DNA from: TPA_inf: Saccharomyces
Taxonomy: Eukaryota
DNA: 64,000 nucleotides
Direction: 5' to 3'
Assembly: GCA_000146045.2 (NCBI GenBank)
Contig: BK006944.2
Span: 160,001-224,000 of the forward strand
Below are positions 59,895 to 64,000 of this stretch, one piece after another. The number at the start of each line of letters is the position of its first letter. Within the stretch, counting starts at the first letter, position 1. The translations under genes and the position numbers were made by a program. The notes beneath the pieces were generated by a model, which searched no databases, had not been told where the DNA came from, and worked only from the letters and a program-made list of their open reading frames with translations.

Positions 59895-59967
59895 GGGCGT
59901 GTGGCGTAGTCGGTAGCGCGCTCCCTTAGCATGGGAGAGGTCTCCGGTTCGATTCCGGACTCGTCCA
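59895..59967 (+). tRNA. tA(AGC)K: tRNA-Ala (anticodon AGC)
   Basis: GGGCGTGTGGCGTAGTCGGTAGCGCGCTCCCTTAGCATGGGAGAGGTCTCCGGTTCGATTCCGGACTCGTCCA. Identical to the classic yeast tRNA-Ala, with the G3:U70 identity pair, A-box TGGCGTAGTCGG and B-box GGTTCGATTCC. No intron. Confidence 0.93.
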
Positions 59968-60323
59968 ATCTTTTTATACTTATTAATAATTTTTTTCCTG
60001 CCGTTACTTGCTTTTAAAATAACTGCCTTTTATGAATACAGAGTATAATTTTTGATATACAAAGAGGTTGACTGTGATAATCAATACTTAATTTGTGGTT
60101 ATTGGTACACATATACCTACAAAAGTTACCAACAAACTGTTCGACTTTTAATGCTACCCGCCTTCCGAGTGTTTTTGAAGGGGCGGAGAGGAGCGGCAAG
60201 AATTAGCATGGAAAAAAGCATAAAAAGACGAAATGGGTGGCAATGTATTAACTTGTTCGAGAAACCTAGTGGACTCAATTCATTACAACAACAAGTTCCC
60301 AAGATCATCGATTCATAATAGTC

Positions 60324-60974
60324 ATGTCCGATAAAGTTATTAACCCTCAAGTTGCATGGGCTCAAAGGTCTAGTACTACTGATCCAGAAAGAAATTATGT
60401 CTTAATAACTGTGTCAATTGCAGACTGTGATGCCCCTGAGTTAACCATTAAGCCATCATACATCGAATTAAAGGCTCAATCAAAGCCTCATGTTGGCGAT
60501 GAAAATGTCCATCATTATCAATTACACATTGATCTATACAAGGAAATTATACCTGAAAAAACAATGCATAAGGTTGCTAATGGCCAGCACTACTTTTTGA
60601 AATTGTATAAAAAGGATTTAGAATCTGAATACTGGCCACGTTTGACAAAGGAAAAGGTGAAGTACCCTTACATCAAAACTGATTTCGATAAATGGGTTGA
60701 TGAAGATGAACAAGACGAAGTTGAAGCTGAAGGTAATGATGCCGCTCAAGGAATGGATTTCAGCCAAATGATGGGAGGTGCTGGAGGTGCTGGAGGTGCT
60801 GGAGGCATGGACTTCAGCCAAATGATGGGAGGTGCTGGTGGCGCTGGTTCTCCAGATATGGCTCAATTGCAGCAATTATTGGCTCAAAGCGGTGGTAATT
60901 TGGACATGGGAGATTTCAAAGAAAACGATGAAGAAGATGAAGAAGAGGAAATAGAGCCGGAAGTGAAAGCTTAA
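60324..60974 (+). CDS. SBA1: Hsp90 co-chaperone p23 homolog
   Basis: 216 aa with an N-terminal CS/p23 domain and a C-terminal tail carrying a tandemly duplicated MDFSQMMGGAGGAGG motif and an acidic end. Matches YKL117W. Confidence 0.95.
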   Translation: MSDKVINPQVAWAQRSSTTDPERNYVLITVSIADCDAPELTIKPSYIELKAQSKPHVGDENVHHYQLHIDLYKEIIPEKTMHKVANGQHYFLKLYKKDLESEYWPRLTKEKVKYPYIKTDFDKWVDEDEQDEVEAEGNDAAQGMDFSQMMGGAGGAGGAGGMDFSQMMGGAGGAGSPDMAQLQQLLAQSGGNLDMGDFKENDEEDEEEEIEPEVKA

Positions 60975-61343
60975 AAGGAGGAGCAAATCAACCTGGAGTG
61001 CTAGAATGAGTAACTTAGAATAAAAGACGAATATATGCACTTTACACAACTCTTTACCTGTTTGTTATTGGCTGCCTCTATGTAATTAAATATTATGGAA
61101 TTAATAAAAATATTTTTATTCGTAACTATCTTAGATATATATTGTACATTGTCAAAAAGACAGTAGTAAGCAGATAGAAGCTATATTGGATGCAAAATAG
61201 AGAAAAAAGCAGAAATATTATGTTGCAAATGTCAAGTAATGGAACTGTATGTGATATTTAAAGAACAATTTCTATATGCTGGATGATTATCAGGTGTAAG
61301 CAATAAGAAAGAAAACGAAAGTAACTCCCATCCGTGGGAAATT

Positions 61344-62900
61344 TCAAGAAAAACTTAGAGTATCAGCGATCGTTTTAACGAAGGGGGATTCGTAAATTTC
61401 ATTAATCGACCAACGTTGGTTCTTCCTCGTTAGCGTATTTTCCACAATCTGTTTTCCCACATTAGTTTTATAATCGCTTAACCGGTACCATCTCCAATCA
61501 AACCTGGCAATACGATGTGACGTAGCTCTGCTACGCTGTCTTGCTGAAGCGTTTGGAGGAGGGTCAAATGGTAATCTGTCCTCAAACAAGCTGTATAGTA
61601 TGACACCTAAGGCCCACGTGTCGCTTAAATGGCCATCGTAGGGAACTCCCATCAGGATTTCTGGTGAGACATAATCCTCTGATCCACATCTTGCTGTACA
61701 CATCTCATTGTTCTCAATTTTTTTGCAGAGACCAAAATCTGCTAGCTCAATGAAATTTTGCTTGCAGTAAATGGGTGAGTCCCTAAAACTGTTGATATCA
61801 TCAAAACTATATTTCAGTAGTATATTCTCTAATTTTAGGTCCCGATGAATAATACTGTTTTCGTGCAAATATTTTACTGCCAGTACTACTTCCGTAAAAA
61901 TCCTTTGAATCAGCCACGCTTCTAGTCTTCCGTTACGGGCCATGACGGCAGCTAATAAGTCTCCTGCAGGACAATAAGACATAATCATATCACAAGGCGG
62001 CAGAGCTCTTGGAGTTTTTATAATCAAATCGCATAAAGGTTTTTTGCTAGTAACAAAAATTGGATTGTTTATCCCAAGTAGTTTAACTATACATGGGTGA
62101 TTTAGTGATTTTAGCACCTGCAATTCCCTAGTCAGAGAATTTTCCAAACGGGATAAAGTTTCCTTATATCGTAACGATGTATTGATTTGTTCAACATTTG
62201 ATAATTCCTCGGGATATTTGAGTCGTTTAACGGCCACTTGTTTCAGTTTAGGATTGCTTTGGTCCATGAGTTCATATAAAAGTACGGTACTAAAATTTCC
62301 TGAACCAATGGGCCTGACCTTTTTCCATAATAACGGGCGATCCCAGTGATCTAAAAGAAATCCCTGAAATATATCATCGTCACACTTTTCGGTAGAACTA
62401 CTACTTTCGGGAAAATAAGGTTCTTTCGTGTAGTTATCACTATCAACAGAATCATTTACTAAAGCCTCTTCAGTCACTGTTGGTAAGGAAACAACCCTTT
62501 GGGGGGATAAATTAGCTGGTGCAATAAGTTCAGAAACAACTCTTTGGTTTGGTTGTGTAACAGAAAGCATATCATCCAGTAATCGTGCATGACTTCGTCT
62601 TTTGGGTATATTCAACGAGGATTGATCTATAGGTGACATTGACAGATTGCCTGGGGATAACGGAGTGTAGGTCATCGGTGTAGGTAATGCTTGGACATTT
62701 TCAAACGTCGGAATAGATACAGTCAAAGGTGTACTGCGAGAATCACCAGTGGTCCCTTCAGTGGATGCCATTTTTTTATCTTCCTCACCATTTTCATCAA
62801 TCAATGCCTTTTCGTGTTGATCGCCAATGGAGTCGGGAAATCCTTCTTGTTTCAACCGAGGAGTCTTTGGTTGTGAATATATACTACTATATTCATCCAT
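61344..62900 (-). CDS. PRR1: Ser/Thr protein kinase (pheromone-response regulator)
   Basis: 518 aa with a C-terminal kinase domain ([20 protein letters not shown]). Matches YKL116C. Confidence 0.93.
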
Positions 62901-63285
62901 TGTCGGTATAACCTAACAGCTGCTGTGGGTATGGATGAATTCGAAGCGTAGATGTGATTACTATCTCAAAATATACTTGTCTAATTGTGTAAAAAAGAAA
63001 AAAAAGATAAAGAACACACCCCGCGTTGAAGATTACAAGTAAAAAACTTTCTATGCTTAGGAATAACGTTCCATAAGAGGATGGTGTGCTCAGCCTTCTT
63101 AGTTCATTTACTGGAATGTATTTAACTTTACCCTTTTCGTCTGCTAATCCATCAGTATGTGAAAAATGAAAATCTAAAAAAAAAAAAGGCTGCCTTATTC
63201 TGTAACGCAACGCGAAACATCTATAAACCAAGTAAGTAGTTTCTATGAAATGGGCAACAGCATCTTGGATGACGAAGGGTAGCAT
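62893..63285 (-). other. Dubious ORF in the PRR1 upstream region (YKL115C-like)
   Basis: Hydrophobic, low-complexity translation. No domain. Confidence 0.1.
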
Positions 63286-63351
63286 TTAGTTACGTACGTT
63301 GAGATAATCTACAAAAATTGATTACGTATTTAAAATTCTTCTCGCTTCTCA

Positions 63352-64000
63352 TTATTCTTTCTTAGTCTTCCTCTTCTTTGTCATTTGTGACAAGATATCA
63401 TTATCGCTTGGCTCTGCAGTGGCTTTCTTCCTCTTGGTGCCCCCAGCTCGCTTCTTTTGTTTAACCTCAAACTTGTCTAACTGTTCCTTACGCGATTTAG
63501 CACCTAATTTCTGCAGCGTATCATTTTTTTCTTTATACTCCTTGTCTTCTAACAATTCGCTCTCACTCTTTGATTCCAACCACTCCATAAGTTTGATTTC
63601 ATTACCATAGCCTTCATCATTTTCGTATGGAGTTTCCAAGACAATAGGGATACCCTGCAGGTATTCAGAGTGCGCGATCATTCTAAACACATCTATACCC
63701 AAATAACCTTGACCCAAGCGTTCATGCAAATCTCTATTTGCTCCTAAAGGAGCCTTGGAATCATTTAAGTGAACAGCACTTAGATATTTGAACCCTATTA
63801 CATCATTGAACTCTTTCCAAAAATTGTTAAACGTTTCAGTGGTGCTGATATCGTAGCCTGCTGCAAATGTATGGCATGTATCTATGCAAACGCCGATTCT
63901 TGATTTATCTTCAATCATTCCAATAACCTCCTTCAAATCTACCAGAGAACTTCCTACTAAATTTCCAGTACCAGCCATATTTTCTAATACAATTTTAACA
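63352..64000 (-). CDS. APN1: AP endonuclease (endonuclease IV family), C-terminal ~215 codons; gene continues past window end
   Basis: Translation ...MAGTGNLVGSSLVDLKEVIGMIEDKSRIGVCIDTCHTFAAGYDI...HLNDSK... with Endo IV metal-binding His/Asp motifs and a K-rich NLS tail. The frame stays open to the window edge. Matches YKL114C. Confidence 0.9.
   Translation of the reverse strand, partial: VKIVLENMAGTGNLVGSSLVDLKEVIGMIEDKSRIGVCIDTCHTFAAGYDISTTETFNNFWKEFNDVIGFKYLSAVHLNDSKAPLGANRDLHERLGQGYLGIDVFRMIAHSEYLQGIPIVLETPYENDEGYGNEIKLMEWLESKSESELLEDKEYKEKNDTLQKLGAKSRKEQLDKFEVKQKKRAGGTKRKKATAEPSDNDILSQMTKKRKTKKE

Overview
This window reads as Saccharomyces cerevisiae nuclear DNA from the left arm of chromosome XI. 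It is a gene-dense, collinear stretch from YKL155C (RSM22, truncated at the left edge) to YKL114C (APN1, truncated at the right edge), with + equal to the Watson strand running toward the centromere. Nearly every long ORF translates to a yeast protein I recognise, at the expected length: RSM22, SRP102, GPM1, YKL151C/NNR2, MCR1, DBR1, SDH1, AVT3, RPT1, RPC25, LTV1, MRP8, SDH3, TGL1, CTK1, HSK3, MRPL31, CMC1, APL2, OCT1, YKL133C, RMA1, SHE2, MYO3, PMU1, PGM1, YPK1, RRN3, SSH4, SRP21, DGR2, OAC1, VPH2, SBA1, PRR1 and APN1. There are three Pol III tRNA genes (Arg-UCU, Lys-CUU, Ala-AGC). A solo delta LTR (Ty1/Ty2 family) lies upstream of the tRNA-Arg gene, and a solo sigma LTR (Ty3) with an intact 5-bp target-site duplication lies 15 bp upstream of tRNA-Lys. 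None of these genes has an evident intron. The ORF track promotes GTG/TTG/CTG to Met, so several listed ORFs start upstream of the true ATG; I corrected the starts after checking the codons. I do not see a novel or undescribed biological system here. This is a conventional housekeeping region, and the prokaryotic-style defence or CRISPR hypothesis is rejected. The most interesting content is regulatory and structural. These are: HAP2/3/4/5 CCAAT boxes ahead of the respiratory genes SDH1, SDH3 and MCR1; RRPE+PAC ribosome-biogenesis motifs in the RPC25-LTV1 and RRN3 promoters; an Rpn4 PACE box ahead of RPT1; the RAP1/GCR1 UAS of GPM1; a telomere-like RAP1 tract with CATCACAT repeats between YKL151C and MCR1; transposon and tRNA architecture; coding microsatellites; and two long intergenic stretches no feature explains.
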